64,000 nt of DNA from an uncultured Gemmataceae bacterium (lineage in GTDB: Bacteria > Planctomycetota > Planctomycetia > Gemmatales > Gemmataceae): positions 2,240,001 to 2,304,000 of the forward strand of contig CAVVPN010000011.1 of NCBI GenBank assembly GCA_963750165.1, in the 5' to 3' direction. The notes beneath the pieces were generated by a model, which saw nothing but the letters and a program-made list of their open reading frames with translations, searched no databases and was not told where the DNA came from. A program made the translations under genes and the position numbers. Numbering within the stretch: position 1 is the stretch's first letter; the number at the start of each line of letters is the position of its first letter. Below are positions 38,640 through 49,110 of this stretch, piece by piece.

Positions 38640-39368
38640 TCAGACGGGCGGCAGCAGCTGGCGAATTTCCACGGGCAAGACGTTCCAGGTCGTCTGGTAT
38701 GTCTCCTCCAGCGGCACGTTGACGTAGAAATCCCCAACGAGAAAGAGCGGCGCGTCCGGCAGCGGGTCGCCGACCGCCACCGGATCGACGTAGGCGATCC
38801 GCGTCGGCGCCGTCTGGTAGGCGGCCACGGTCAGCGGCTTGCCGGCGGGTAGTTCAAACTGCTGGTCGGTGAACTCGTCCCAGATGAGGCCGTGGACCCC
38901 TTGCGGGTCGCGCGGGCCGGGCGGGAACAGATCGACGACGAGCAGGTTGACCCGGTGCCGGATCAGGCTGGCCGCCTTTTTGACCGTTGCGCGGATGGCG
39001 TGCCGGCTCGCCTTGTTGCCCGGGGAGACGATCTCGATCACGGCCACGACGTTGCCCAGGTCGTGGTGGATGGCGATGCGGTTCGCCTTGCGGGCGTAGC
39101 GCTCCTTCTCCTCCGCGGCGGGAATGACGAAGGTGGCCTGCGGGCGGGCCGGCGCCACGGCGGTCGCGCCGTCCTGCGGGTGGCGCTTCGGGCCGGCGCG
39201 GAGCGTCACCACGTCCGGCTCCGGGCCGCCGACCACCTGCTCGGCCATCGCGAAGAACCCGGGCGGCAGCAGCCCGGCGTTCAGCCGATTCATGATCGTC
39301 GCCACCCAGGCGTAATGAAAGTTGTGGAACGTCCCCGCCCGCACCGTGGTCCAGTCGTGAATCGGCAT
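38640..39368 (-). CDS. DUF4058 family (restriction-endonuclease-like fold)
   Basis: MPIHDWT, FHNFH, VIEIVSPGNK, VPLEETY. Confidence 0.8.
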   Translation of the reverse strand: MPIHDWTTVRAGTFHNFHYAWVATIMNRLNAGLLPPGFFAMAEQVVGGPEPDVVTLRAGPKRHPQDGATAVAPARPQATFVIPAAEEKERYARKANRIAIHHDLGNVVAVIEIVSPGNKASRHAIRATVKKAASLIRHRVNLLVVDLFPPGPRDPQGVHGLIWDEFTDQQFELPAGKPLTVAAYQTAPTRIAYVDPVAVGDPLPDAPLFLVGDFYVNVPLEETYQTTWNVLPVEIRQLLPPV

Positions 39369-39512
39369 GACGCACCTCCTGGCCGCATTGTACCGAACGG
39401 CGCAGTTCACGTGCGGGCCGAGTGGGCTGGGCGTGTCGGATCAACCTCAGATGGCCCGTCACCTGCAGCGTCTGGTTCGGCGGAGCTCGCCACATCGACG
39501 CCGCGGGTGCCG

Positions 39513-40478
39513 TCATTTCCCCGCCTTCAGGAACTCAAGAACCAAGCGATTGCATTCTTCCGGCTGATCCAGCCACGGAAGATGACCGGCATCGCGCAGC
39601 ACTTCACAGCGGGCCTTGGGCGCCAACTTGGCCATCTCCTCGCCCAGGGTCGGCGGGCCGAGTTTATCCTTGTCGCCCCAGATAAACAGTGTGGCCGGGC
39701 GCAGGTTCTTCAGCTCAGGTCGCAGCTGGTAAGCCCCCTGCGGATCCTTGGCGAACTTCTTGAGCAAGGTATTCCAACTCCCGGCGAATCCCGGCATGCG
39801 CTTGTTAGCCAGGTCCACCTGAAGGAACTCCTCGGGAACGCGCTTGATGTCGGCGACGAGTCGCGCCGCATAGGCCGCACGGACGCCCTCGATCGTTGGG
39901 GGCTTTTTCGCCGGAGGCGGCGGAATCGTGATCTCCTTCGCGCTCCCCGCGGGTTCCCCCAGGAGCACCAGTCTAGTTACCCGCTCCGGTTTCGCCAACG
40001 CGAACTGCATCGCCCACAAGCCACCCATCGAGTTGCTCACCAGCGTTGCCTTGGGCAGGTCGAGAGCGTCCAACACGCCGGTGACGAAATCAACGGCGTG
40101 TTCCCGCGTGGCCGTTTCCGAGTAGTCGAAGCTGTCGGTGAGACCGCAGCCGGGGCGATCGACCGCGTAGACGCGGAAGTTCTTCTGGAGCGCACTCATG
40201 AGCGGGGCGAAGCTGCAGGCGAACGATCCCCCGCCGTGAATGAGAAGCACAGGTTCACCGCGGCCCGCCTCCAGCACGTGAGCGGTCATCTGCGGCTTCT
40301 TAAGCGTCACGTACCGCGATTTCGCCGTCACGCCGTACTTCTTCAAGAGGGCCTCCTGCGCCTTCTTGAAGGCATCGACCTCCGGACCGGGGGCAAGCGG
40401 CGTGACTGGCTGGGCATGGGAAGAGGACGAGTAACATCCAAGGACCAGCAGGGCGGTGAAAATGGTCGAGCGCTTCAC
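39513..40478 (-). CDS. Secreted alpha/beta hydrolase
   Basis: IHGG, SNSMGG, WGDKD, AGHLPW. Confidence 0.85.
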   Translation of the reverse strand: MKRSTIFTALLVLGCYSSSSHAQPVTPLAPGPEVDAFKKAQEALLKKYGVTAKSRYVTLKKPQMTAHVLEAGRGEPVLLIHGGGSFACSFAPLMSALQKNFRVYAVDRPGCGLTDSFDYSETATREHAVDFVTGVLDALDLPKATLVSNSMGGLWAMQFALAKPERVTRLVLLGEPAGSAKEITIPPPPAKKPPTIEGVRAAYAARLVADIKRVPEEFLQVDLANKRMPGFAGSWNTLLKKFAKDPQGAYQLRPELKNLRPATLFIWGDKDKLGPPTLGEEMAKLAPKARCEVLRDAGHLPWLDQPEECNRLVLEFLKAGK

Positions 40479-40861
40479 AATGTTCCTCCTCCAGAGTGCT
40501 GCCGCCGAACCAGGGGATTAGGGCGCGCCCTAATCAGGAACGGTTTTCCGGTTTTACACTGCCCGGCGGTGCCGGCGCAGCGCGGCGCCCGCCGGGCAGC
40601 GTAACCGCCCCAAACCCGGAAAGCAAGTAGTGCGCGCCGAATTGTGACAGGCTACCGCTGATGTCGCCAGAACGACCGATGACGCTGCGGCCGACGCGGT
40701 GAAGGCGAACTGGGGTCATGGATTCTCAGATGTCCGCCGGGCATGGTGAAGAAACGGTGAATCCGCCCGCGTCCGCTTGCCGGTGCCCGGGGCGGTTCTA
40801 GGATGCCCAGGGTCCACCGAATCGCAAATCCTGCCGCTCCCATCTTTTCGAGAGGCCGCTG

Positions 40862-42609
40862 ATGAACCGTGCCGCCTGGATGCCGCGCTGGGGCGACGTG
40901 AACGGGCTGTTCGGACTGCTGCTCGATAACGTCGCCGCCCTGGTGCTGCTCTACGTCCTGCTCGCCGCACCCGGCTTCTCGGCCGAGCGCTTCCGACCGG
41001 AATTCGTGCTGGCCTGGCTGGTCCCCGGGACAGTGTTCGGGGTGCTACTGGGCGGTCTGCTCTACGCCTGGCAGGCGCGGCAGCTCGGCCGCCGCACGGG
41101 CCGCGACGACGTGACCGCCATGCCCGTCGGCCTGGATACGCCCACCGTCTTCGCCATGTCGCTGTTCGTGCTGGTGCCGGCGCTGGCCGAGGGCCGGACG
41201 TTGTTCGCCGACCGCGGCCTGGATGAGCTGGAACGGCACCACCTGGCGTCGCTGTTCGCCTGGCATGTCGGGGCGGCGGTGCTCGTGTTGATGGGCCTGT
41301 TCAAGCTGGCGCTGGCACCGCTGGGCGGCGTCGTCCGCCGCTGGCTGCCGCGGGCCGCGCTGCTGGGCTCGCTGGCGGCGATTTCGCTGGCACTGATCGC
41401 GTTCCTGCCGATGGCCCGGCACGTGGCGCCGGCGCCGGTTGTCGGCCTGCCGGTACTCGCAATCCTGCTGGTGATGCTCCTGCGCGGCGCGGCCGGCCGG
41501 ACGGCGTGCCGGCCACGGTGCTGGCGCTGGCCGTCGGCCTGCTCATCGTGATGGTCAGCATTTTGCTGGGCGAGTGGCGCGGCTGGTCGTTTGTGCCGCT
41601 GAGCAGCGTGAGTCTGCTCAAGGCAGGGGAGGTGCGGCCGCTGCCGGCGGAGGTCTGGACTGCTGACTGGTGGCAGCCGGTGTGGCTGGCGGCGCTGGCG
41701 AAGCTGCCGGTGGCACTGCCGTTCGCCCTGTTCACGCTGGTCGGCGGCGTCGAGTGCGCCGAGAGCGCCGCGGCGGCCGGCGACGAGTACGACACCAACG
41801 GCGTGCTGCTGGCGCAGGGCGTGGCGAGCACGGTCGGCGGTCTGCTCGGCGGTGTCGTGCAGCCGACGCCCTACTTCGGCCATCCCGCCTACAAGAAAAT
41901 GGGTGCGGGCTGGTCCTACGTGGTGTTCGGTACGCTGGCGCTGGCGGTGGTCGGCTACTTCGGCTGGTTCGCGTACGTCTTCGAGTGGGTGCCCGGGGCA
42001 GTGCTGTTCCCGGTGATCATTTACATCGGGCTGCGCACCATCGCCCACGCCTTCGAGGCGGCGCCGCAGCGCGACTACGCCGCCATGGCGCTGGCAGCGG
42101 TGCCGGTGCTGGCGTACCTGATCGTGGTGACGACCGACGAGTTGTTCCACGGCCGGCAGCCGTACGGCAACGGCATTGTGTTGCTGCAGGCGCTGCGCTG
42201 CCTGGGCAACGGCTTCATCCTGACGAGCCTGCTGTGGGCCGCGGCGCTGGTCGCGCTGCTGGACGGCAAATCGAACCGGGCCGCTGTGGTACTGCTGATC
42301 GCCGCGGGCTGCAGTCTGTTCGGGCTGATCCACTCGCCGCTGCGCGGCTCACCGCTGGCCTGGCCGCACGAGGTCTGGCAGGAGTTGACGCAGCCGGGCG
42401 AGGCTCGCGGCATGCACCCGGACCTGCGCTACCAGTCGCCGTTCCACTGGGCCGCCGCTTATGTGCTGGCCGCGCTGGTCGTGCTGATCGACGCCCGGCT
42501 GCCGGCGTGGGCCGCCCGCAACCAGGCGGCGCCGGCGGCAAGCGACCCTGCCCTGGTGGCCGCTGCGCCGCCGGCCGCGGACCAGGCCGGCCAGCCGCAG
42601 GGAGCGTGA
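40862..42609 (+). CDS. NCS2/AzgA-like permease, frameshift near 41500
   Basis: GDVNGLFGL, VTAMPVGLDTP; second frame ESAAAAGDEY, YFGHPAYK. Confidence 0.8.
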
Positions 42610-42619
42610 GCGCCGCCGC

Positions 42620-43105
42620 TCAGTCTTCCTCGTCCTGCCCGCCCATCTGCTCCGTCAGGTAATTTTGCAGCCCCACCGCCGCAATGAGGCCCAGCTGCGT
42701 CTCCAGCCAATCGACGTGCTCCTCGGACTCCACGAGGATCGGCTCGATGAGTTCCCGGCTGCCGTGGTCCCTGAGCTGCGTACACAGGTCGATGGTGTAG
42801 TTGTAGTGCTTGACGCCGCTCATCTCCAGTTGCAGGTCGTTCTCGAACTGCTCTTTGATATCGGTGCCAACGCGGATCACGTCATAGCGGGCGATCTCCG
42901 GCGTGCCCTCCAGGAAGAGGATGCGGTCGATGAGCAGCTCGGCGTGCTTCATCTCGCCCATCGACTCCTCGTAGTGCTTGGCAGCGAGCTTGAGGAAGCC
43001 CCAGTTCTTGCACATCTTGGCCTGGCAGAAGTACTGGTTGATCGCCGTCAACTCGACGGTCAACGCGCGGTTGAGGGCCTCGATCACCTGCGGGTCGCCC
43101 TTCAT
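42620..43105 (-). CDS. bfr: Bacterioferritin
   Basis: MKGD, ELTAINQY, EMKHA, EEHVDWLE. Confidence 0.95.
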   Translation of the reverse strand: MKGDPQVIEALNRALTVELTAINQYFCQAKMCKNWGFLKLAAKHYEESMGEMKHAELLIDRILFLEGTPEIARYDVIRVGTDIKEQFENDLQLEMSGVKHYNYTIDLCTQLRDHGSRELIEPILVESEEHVDWLETQLGLIAAVGLQNYLTEQMGGQDEED

Positions 43106-43263
43106 CGGCTGCGCTCCTGGTGGGGAGTGGGGTCGGTACTTCCCGCGAAGATATGCCGGCGCGGCAGGTTCGGCAAGGCGGCCGGCGCGGGCGGTTGAAC
43201 TGGCCGGGGCGGGGAGAAGTTGGTACGATGCGTCCCCGTGAACTCAAGTCGGAGGGCGGCGAC

Positions 43264-43923
43264 ATGGCGGCCATTGTGTATGAAGGAGACATCCGAATTC
43301 CGGAAATTCGCGACCTGGAAGAATTCCGCCGCTGGGTCCGATCCGATGATTTTCCGGAACAAGGGCGGTTTTCCTTTATCGCCGGTGACATCTGGGTGGC
43401 GCTCATGGGGGAGCAAATTTTTACTCACGGTCAGGTCGTGGCGGAATTCTTGAATGTGCTCTTCCGTTTTGTGAAAACGAACAAGCTGGGTTATTTCTTT
43501 AACGACCGCACCTGGTTGACGAATAAAGAGGCTGACCTGTCCACGGAGCCGGATGGCATTTTTGTTTCCAGAGAGTGTCTGCAGGCTGGACGGGTTTACT
43601 ACGAGGGAAACGAGGAGGGGCCTCTTGAACTGGTCGGCAGCCCTGACATGGTCCTGGAGGTCGTAAGCAAAAACTCAGTTAGAAAAGACACCAAACGACT
43701 CCGCGATTTGTACTGGGAAGCTGAAATCCTGGAATACTGGTTGGTGGACGCCCGCGGGCAGGAACCTCATTTCGAGATCATGAAGCGCGGCCCCAAAGGC
43801 TACGTACCCACGCGGGCCCGGGACGGGTGGCTCGCGTCCAGGGTGTTTGGGTGTGCTTTTCGTTTGGTCCACGGCACGGACGAGTTCAGCCACCCGGAAT
43901 TCACCCTGGAAATGCGCTCCTGA
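43264..43923 (+). CDS. Uma2/DUF820 endonuclease-like protein
   Basis: EPDG, PDMVLEVVS, EYWLVD. Confidence 0.85.
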   Translation: MAAIVYEGDIRIPEIRDLEEFRRWVRSDDFPEQGRFSFIAGDIWVALMGEQIFTHGQVVAEFLNVLFRFVKTNKLGYFFNDRTWLTNKEADLSTEPDGIFVSRECLQAGRVYYEGNEEGPLELVGSPDMVLEVVSKNSVRKDTKRLRDLYWEAEILEYWLVDARGQEPHFEIMKRGPKGYVPTRARDGWLASRVFGCAFRLVHGTDEFSHPEFTLEMRS

Positions 43924-44045
43924 AGCGCTGGCCGCTTGCCGCCCGCCTCCGCTTGCTTGTCACCCCCCGGCCGCGCTGCTAGACTAACCCTTTCTTCCGG
44001 CGCCGTGGTCGGAAAGCGGTCCCGAATCCCGACGAACGATCCCTC

Positions 44046-45140
44046 ATGCCTGAAGTGCTGGACTGGCAGGGCGGCGCCCCACAGGAACGCAGCGCCCACG
44101 CCGCGGACCTGCTGGCCCAGGGCCGGCTGGTGGCGGTGCCGACCGACAGCGTCTACGTCGTGCTCGCCGACGCCCGGCAGCCCGACGCGCTCGCCCGACT
44201 GCCGTCCGGCCCCGACGGCCTGACCATACTGGTGCCCGGCGTCTCCGGCCTGCGTGCCTGGGTGCCGGAGCCGCCGCCGCTGGCCCTGCGCTTCGCCCGC
44301 CGCTGCTGGCCCGGCCCGCTGACGCTGGTCCTTGACGCTACGCCCGACCGCGGCCCGGCCGCCCAGTTGCCCGAGGCGGCACGCGCCCGGCTGTTCGCCG
44401 ACGGCACCGTGGCCCTGTACGCGCCTGCCCACGAAGCGCCGCTGCTGCTGTTGCAGGCGCTGCCGTTCCCGCTCGCCGCCGCCACGCCGCGCCTCGACGG
44501 CCAGCCGGTGACCACCGCGGCGCAGGCCCTGGCGGTGCTCGGCGACGCGGCGGCCCTGGTGCTCGACGACGGCCCCACGCAGTTCGGCCAGGCGCCGACG
44601 CGGGTGCGAGTTCGCGGCGACCGATGGGAGATCGTCGGCGACGGCGTGCTGTCGGAGGCCGTGCTACAACAGGTGGCGCCGTGCCTGATCCTGTTCGTCT
44701 GCACGGGCAACACCTGCCGCAGTCCGCTGGCGGAGGCATTGTGCCGGCGGCTGCTGGCCGAGCGGCTCGGCTGTGCGGTACAGGAATTGCCTCGAAGGGG
44801 GTACGTCATCACCTCGGCGGGCCTGGCCACTGGCGGCGGAGAGCCGGCGACGTCGGAGGCAGTCGAGGTCGCCCGGGAACATGGCGCCGACCTGAGTCAA
44901 CACCAGAGTCAACCCCTGTCACTGGAATTGCTGGCCGCCGCCGATCACGTTATCGCCATGACGCGCGGTCACCTGCGGGCGCTGACGGCCCACACGACGG
45001 ACGGGGGTGGGACGCTGCGGCTGCTGATGGCGGACGGTTCGGACGTGGCGGACCCCATCGGGGGGCCCGGCGAGGTGTATCGCGCCTGTGCGGAGCAGAT
45101 TCGCCGGGCGCTGGTGGAGTGGCTGCCGCAAATGGGGTAG
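44046..45140 (+). CDS. TsaC/Sua5-like domain fused to a low-molecular-weight protein phosphatase
   Basis: PTDSVY, WPGPLTL; CTGNTCRS P-loop and DPIGG. Confidence 0.85.
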   Translation: MPEVLDWQGGAPQERSAHAADLLAQGRLVAVPTDSVYVVLADARQPDALARLPSGPDGLTILVPGVSGLRAWVPEPPPLALRFARRCWPGPLTLVLDATPDRGPAAQLPEAARARLFADGTVALYAPAHEAPLLLLQALPFPLAAATPRLDGQPVTTAAQALAVLGDAAALVLDDGPTQFGQAPTRVRVRGDRWEIVGDGVLSEAVLQQVAPCLILFVCTGNTCRSPLAEALCRRLLAERLGCAVQELPRRGYVITSAGLATGGGEPATSEAVEVAREHGADLSQHQSQPLSLELLAAADHVIAMTRGHLRALTAHTTDGGGTLRLLMADGSDVADPIGGPGEVYRACAEQIRRALVEWLPQMG

Positions 45141-45158
45141 GGGTGAGTGAGTGGAGCC

Positions 45159-45638
45159 ATGAACATTGCAATCGGCAGCGATCACCGCGGCTTCGAGGCC
45201 AAGGCGCGCCTGACGGCGCTGCTGCGGCAACTGGGGCACGAGGTGCTGGACGTGGGGCCGCCGAGCGGCGACAGTGCGGACTACCCGGACTTCGCGTTCG
45301 CGGTGGCCGAGGCGGTCGCTGGCGGTCGGGCGGAGCGCGGCGTGTTGATCTGCGGCACCGGCATTGGCATGTGCATCGCCGCCAACAAGGTGCCCGGTGT
45401 GCGGGCGGCGCCGTGCCACGACCCGATCACTGCCGAGATGAGCCGTCGCCACAACGACGCCAATGTGTTGTGCCTGTCAGCGGACCTGCTCGGCGACGAA
45501 CTGATGGCCCGCATGATGCGCACCTGGTTGGAGACGGAGTTTGAAGGCGGCCGTCACGCCCGCCGCGTCGAGAAGATCACGCGCTATGAGGCGCAGCACC
45601 CGACGATGGGTTTCGGTCCTGGCGAGCGGACGCCATGA
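45159..45638 (+). CDS. rpiB: Ribose-5-phosphate isomerase B
   Basis: SDHRG, CGTGIG, ANK, HNDAN, GGRH. Confidence 0.95.
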   Translation: MNIAIGSDHRGFEAKARLTALLRQLGHEVLDVGPPSGDSADYPDFAFAVAEAVAGGRAERGVLICGTGIGMCIAANKVPGVRAAPCHDPITAEMSRRHNDANVLCLSADLLGDELMARMMRTWLETEFEGGRHARRVEKITRYEAQHPTMGFGPGERTP

Positions 45639-45949
45639 AGCAATTCACCGTGGTCGTGAAGCCCTTCCGCGCCGAGGCAGTGTTGCGCACCGCCGCCGAA
45701 CTGGAGGTCAGCGCCTGCGTCGTGCAGGAGGCCAAGGGCTACAGCCGCCAGAAGGGTTACCTCGACCGCTACGCCGGCAGCGAATACAGCCTGGCGTTCC
45801 TGCCCAAGGTCGAGATCACTGTCTGGGTGCGCGACGAGCGTGCCGCCCTGGTCGCGGAGCGCCTCGCCGCCGTCGCCCGCACCGGCCGCATCGGCGACGG
45901 CAAAATCTTCTGCGTCGAGGCCGCCTGGCCCGAGCCGCTGGAGTTCTAA
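45635..45949 (+). CDS. P-II family nitrogen regulator
   Basis: KPFR, GYSRQKG...GSEY, RTGRIGDGKIF. Confidence 0.9.
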   Translation: MKQFTVVVKPFRAEAVLRTAAELEVSACVVQEAKGYSRQKGYLDRYAGSEYSLAFLPKVEITVWVRDERAALVAERLAAVARTGRIGDGKIFCVEAAWPEPLEF

Positions 45950-45955
45950 TTGGAG

Positions 45956-46043
45956 AAAAGAGGATCCACAGATGACACAGATAAAGACAAATTCAAATGT
46001 CTTTTGTCTGTGTTTCATCTGTGTCCTCTGTGGATCCTCTTTT
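45956..46043. repeat. CACAGAT-type palindromic repeat
   Basis: AAAAGAGGATCCACAGATGACACAGAT...ATCTGTGTCCTCTGTGGATCCTCTTTT; relative at 51754-51829. Confidence 0.65.
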
Positions 46044-46080
46044 GTCTGTTCTCTGCGCTCTCCGCGTTCTCCGCGGTGAA

Positions 46081-47196
46081 TTATCCGGGCGGCCCCGTGG
46101 TCTGGCCGGTGCGCAGCGTGTGCGGACACAACTGGTGCTCCGGCCCCCGGCCCGCCAGCGCCTGCAGCAGCAGCCGCACTGCTGTCCGGCCGATCTCGCT
46201 CCAGTCGGCCTGATGGCAGGTCAGGCCCGGCACCTCCTCGCCGCCGCCGCCCAGCACGCTCACGTCCCCCGGCACCCGCAAGTCCTGCCGCCGCAGTTCG
46301 GTGATGACCAGGCTGGCGAGCGTGTTGTTGAAGCAATACAGGGCGCTCGGCCGCGGCGCCAGCTCCAGAAATTGCCGCACCGCCCGCTCCGCGCCGGCTG
46401 GCGTCAGTTCGACCGACAGTTCCCACGCCCGGCGGCACGACAGTTTCGCGTCGCGCAGCCCCTGACGGTAGCCCTGCAAACGCCACGGGTTCAACTCCTC
46501 CTGCCGCCAGTTGACGAACGCCACGCGGCGGTGCCCCAACTCGGCCAGGTAACGCACCGCCGTCCGGGCCGCCGCGAAGGAGTCGTCGCGCACGGAGGGA
46601 ATGCGGCTTAGCTGCAAATCATGGTCGAGCAGGACGGTCGGCAACCCCAGACCATCCGTGCGTCGCAGCAGTTTTTCCTCGCCGTAGTGGGCGAAGACGA
46701 CGCCGCGCAGCCGTTGCTCCTGCTGCACCTGCCGCAGCGCCTGGCCGATCTGCGTGTACGCGGCGTGTTGCACGACCAGGCGAAAACCGTTCCGACTCGC
46801 CTCCTCCAGCGCCCCCTGCAACATCAGGGCGCTGACCAGGCGCGTCACCGCCTCCTCCTGGCCCGGCTCACTCGGGTAGCCGGCCTGCAGGTAGGCCAGA
46901 CAGGTCGAAGCCGTCGGCTCGATGCGGTCAGGCAACTGCGGCGGTCGCACAAACGTACCCTTGCGGCGAATCTTGACGAGCAGCCCCTCGCCCTGAAGGT
47001 TCTCGGCGGCCAGGCGGACGGTTTCGCGGCTGACGCCGAGCTGCTTGGCCAGCTCCACCTCGGTCGGCAGCCGGCCGTCGGGGAACTGCCCGGCGGCGAT
47101 GGCCTGCCGCAACATTTGTTCGACGTGCGCAGTCAGGCTCGGCGGCCGCGCCAGCCGGCCAAACTCCTGCGCCCGGTCCTGTGGGGACGAGGACAT
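46081..47196 (-). CDS. GntR HTH + LacI-type sensor regulator
   Basis: LPTEVELAKQLGVSRETVR; LGHRRVA; VPGDVSV. Confidence 0.85.
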   Translation of the reverse strand: MSSSPQDRAQEFGRLARPPSLTAHVEQMLRQAIAAGQFPDGRLPTEVELAKQLGVSRETVRLAAENLQGEGLLVKIRRKGTFVRPPQLPDRIEPTASTCLAYLQAGYPSEPGQEEAVTRLVSALMLQGALEEASRNGFRLVVQHAAYTQIGQALRQVQQEQRLRGVVFAHYGEEKLLRRTDGLGLPTVLLDHDLQLSRIPSVRDDSFAAARTAVRYLAELGHRRVAFVNWRQEELNPWRLQGYRQGLRDAKLSCRRAWELSVELTPAGAERAVRQFLELAPRPSALYCFNNTLASLVITELRRQDLRVPGDVSVLGGGGEEVPGLTCHQADWSEIGRTAVRLLLQALAGRGPEHQLCPHTLRTGQTTGPPG

Positions 47197-47399
47197 GGTT
47201 GGAGCCCCGGAGCGCCCAGTTACGTTTCGCGCGGGCAGCAGTCCGCGCGAAACTGGAAACGGGGCGCGGGAACGGTTGCGTTTCGTGAATAATGACAAAT
47301 TTACAATCCCCTTGTCTTATCCGCAAGTGCTGGCATTGCCATCGGGGAGTGGGTACGATTGCAATTGTCCAACCCACCCTCCCCCCCGAGGAGAGCGCC

Positions 47400-49007
47400 A
47401 TGCCCTCCCCCCGCACCCCCGCCGCGGCGTGCCTGATCGCGATAACGCTGGTTCTGCTGGCCTGCGCCACTCCTGCGTGCGCTGGCGACAAGCCGTTGCG
47501 CCAGGCGATCGACACGGAAGTCCGCGCCGCCTGGCAGCGCGAGAAGGTCACGCCCGCCGCCCGCAGTTCCGATAGCGCCTTCCTGCGCCGCCTCTACCTC
47601 GACCTGCTGGGCGTCGTCCCGACGCTGGAGGAGACGCAGAAATTCCTGGCCGACGCGAGCACGAAGAAGCGTGAACAACTGATCGACCGCCTTCTGCAAG
47701 ACCCGCGCTTCGCCGCCGCCCAGGCGGATGTGCTGGACCTGGTGCTGTTCGGCCGCCATCCGGGCGGCGGCGACCAGACACGGCGGCGCGACGGCTTCAA
47801 GAAATGGCTCGCCGGTCAGATTGCGAAGGACGTGCCGTATGACCGCCTGGTGCGCACGCTGCTGACGGCGGACCAGGACGGCTCGGAGTTGTTTTACGTG
47901 CAGTTCCGCAACCAACCGGCGGACGCGACGGTCGCGGTCACGCGCATCTTCCTGGGCACGCAGTTGCAGTGCGCCCGCTGCCATGACCACCCCTACGAGA
48001 GTTGGACGCAGAAAGACTTCTACGGCATGGCTGGTTTTTTCGTCCGCCTCGTGGTGCTGGACGCCGGCGCGAAGAAGTTCCGCATCGCCGAGAAGAGCAC
48101 TGGCGAAGTGCTGTTCACCGGTTCCGTGAAGGACCAGAAGCCGGGCCAGAAGGGCGAACCGGTCAAGGCTCGCTTTCTCGGCGGCGCCGAACTGGCCGAG
48201 CCGCCGGTGCCGAAGGGCTTCAAGGAACCGGTCTTCAAGGGCAACCAGGCCCCGCCGCCGCCGCGGTTCTCGCGCAAGGAGAAACTGGCCGCGTGGTTGA
48301 CCGCCCCGGAGAATCCGTACTTCGCCCGTGCCGCCGCCAACCGCGTCTGGGCGCAGTTCCTCGGCCGCGGCCTCGTCCATCCCGTCGATGACCTGAGCAA
48401 GAAGAACAACGCCAGCCATCCCGCCCTGCTCGACGCGCTGACCAAACACCTGATCGCCAGCAAGTTCGATCTGAAGAGCCTCATCCGCGAACTGGTGAAC
48501 AGCGAGACGTATCAACTCGCCGGCACCGGGCCGAGCACCGAGGCGCTGCCGCGCTGGTTCGAGCGAGCGCGAGTGCGGCCGCTGACGGCGGAGGAGTTGC
48601 TGGCGTCGCTGCGAGCCGCAACCGCTTTTCCGAAGGACGGCTTCAAGGGCTCCGGCGAGCCGACCGAGTATTTCCTGCGTTACTTCGGCGAGCCGAACGA
48701 CGGTCAGGGGAATTTTCAGGGCAGCCTGCAGGAACACCTGTTCCTGAACAACGCGCCGTTCATCCGCACGTTCGCCCAGCAGCGCAAGGGCAACCTCACG
48801 GACCAGATCCTCGGCATGAAGGCGGCGACCTGGGAGCAGAAGGTGGATCGACTGTTTTTGAGCGTGCTGTGTCGGCTGCCCAGCGCTGCGGAGCGGCAGC
48901 GTTTCGTGCAGCATTTCGGCGGCGGCCTCGCTGCCATGACGCCCGCGCTCGTCGAGGAGGCGGTGTGGGTGCTGGTGAGCTGCTCGGAGTTTCGGTTTAA
49001 TCATTGA
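47400..49007 (+). CDS. DUF1549/DUF1553 protein
   Basis: FLRRLYLDL, CARCHDHP, NRVW, EFRFNH. Confidence 0.9.
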   Translation: MPSPRTPAAACLIAITLVLLACATPACAGDKPLRQAIDTEVRAAWQREKVTPAARSSDSAFLRRLYLDLLGVVPTLEETQKFLADASTKKREQLIDRLLQDPRFAAAQADVLDLVLFGRHPGGGDQTRRRDGFKKWLAGQIAKDVPYDRLVRTLLTADQDGSELFYVQFRNQPADATVAVTRIFLGTQLQCARCHDHPYESWTQKDFYGMAGFFVRLVVLDAGAKKFRIAEKSTGEVLFTGSVKDQKPGQKGEPVKARFLGGAELAEPPVPKGFKEPVFKGNQAPPPPRFSRKEKLAAWLTAPENPYFARAAANRVWAQFLGRGLVHPVDDLSKKNNASHPALLDALTKHLIASKFDLKSLIRELVNSETYQLAGTGPSTEALPRWFERARVRPLTAEELLASLRAATAFPKDGFKGSGEPTEYFLRYFGEPNDGQGNFQGSLQEHLFLNNAPFIRTFAQQRKGNLTDQILGMKAATWEQKVDRLFLSVLCRLPSAAERQRFVQHFGGGLAAMTPALVEEAVWVLVSCSEFRFNH

Positions 49008-49019
49008 AAGTTGGATGCC

Positions 49020-49095
49020 GGCGAGCGGGGTCGCGTCAGCGCCCCGTGGGACGCCACAAGGGACGCCACGGGGCGCTGACGCGACCCCGCTCGCC
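49020..49095. repeat. REP doublet
   Basis: GGCGAGCGGGGTCGCGTCAGCGCCCCGTGG...CCACGGGGCGCTGACGCGACCCCGCTCGCC; relative at 53036-53102. Confidence 0.65.
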
Positions 49096-49110
49096 GAAGA
49101 GAACCCAACC

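Noticed and set aside
38640..43923. DUF4058 and Uma2 genes as a defence system
   Set aside because: Both are common stand-alone paralogues in planctomycetes, and no partner genes are present.
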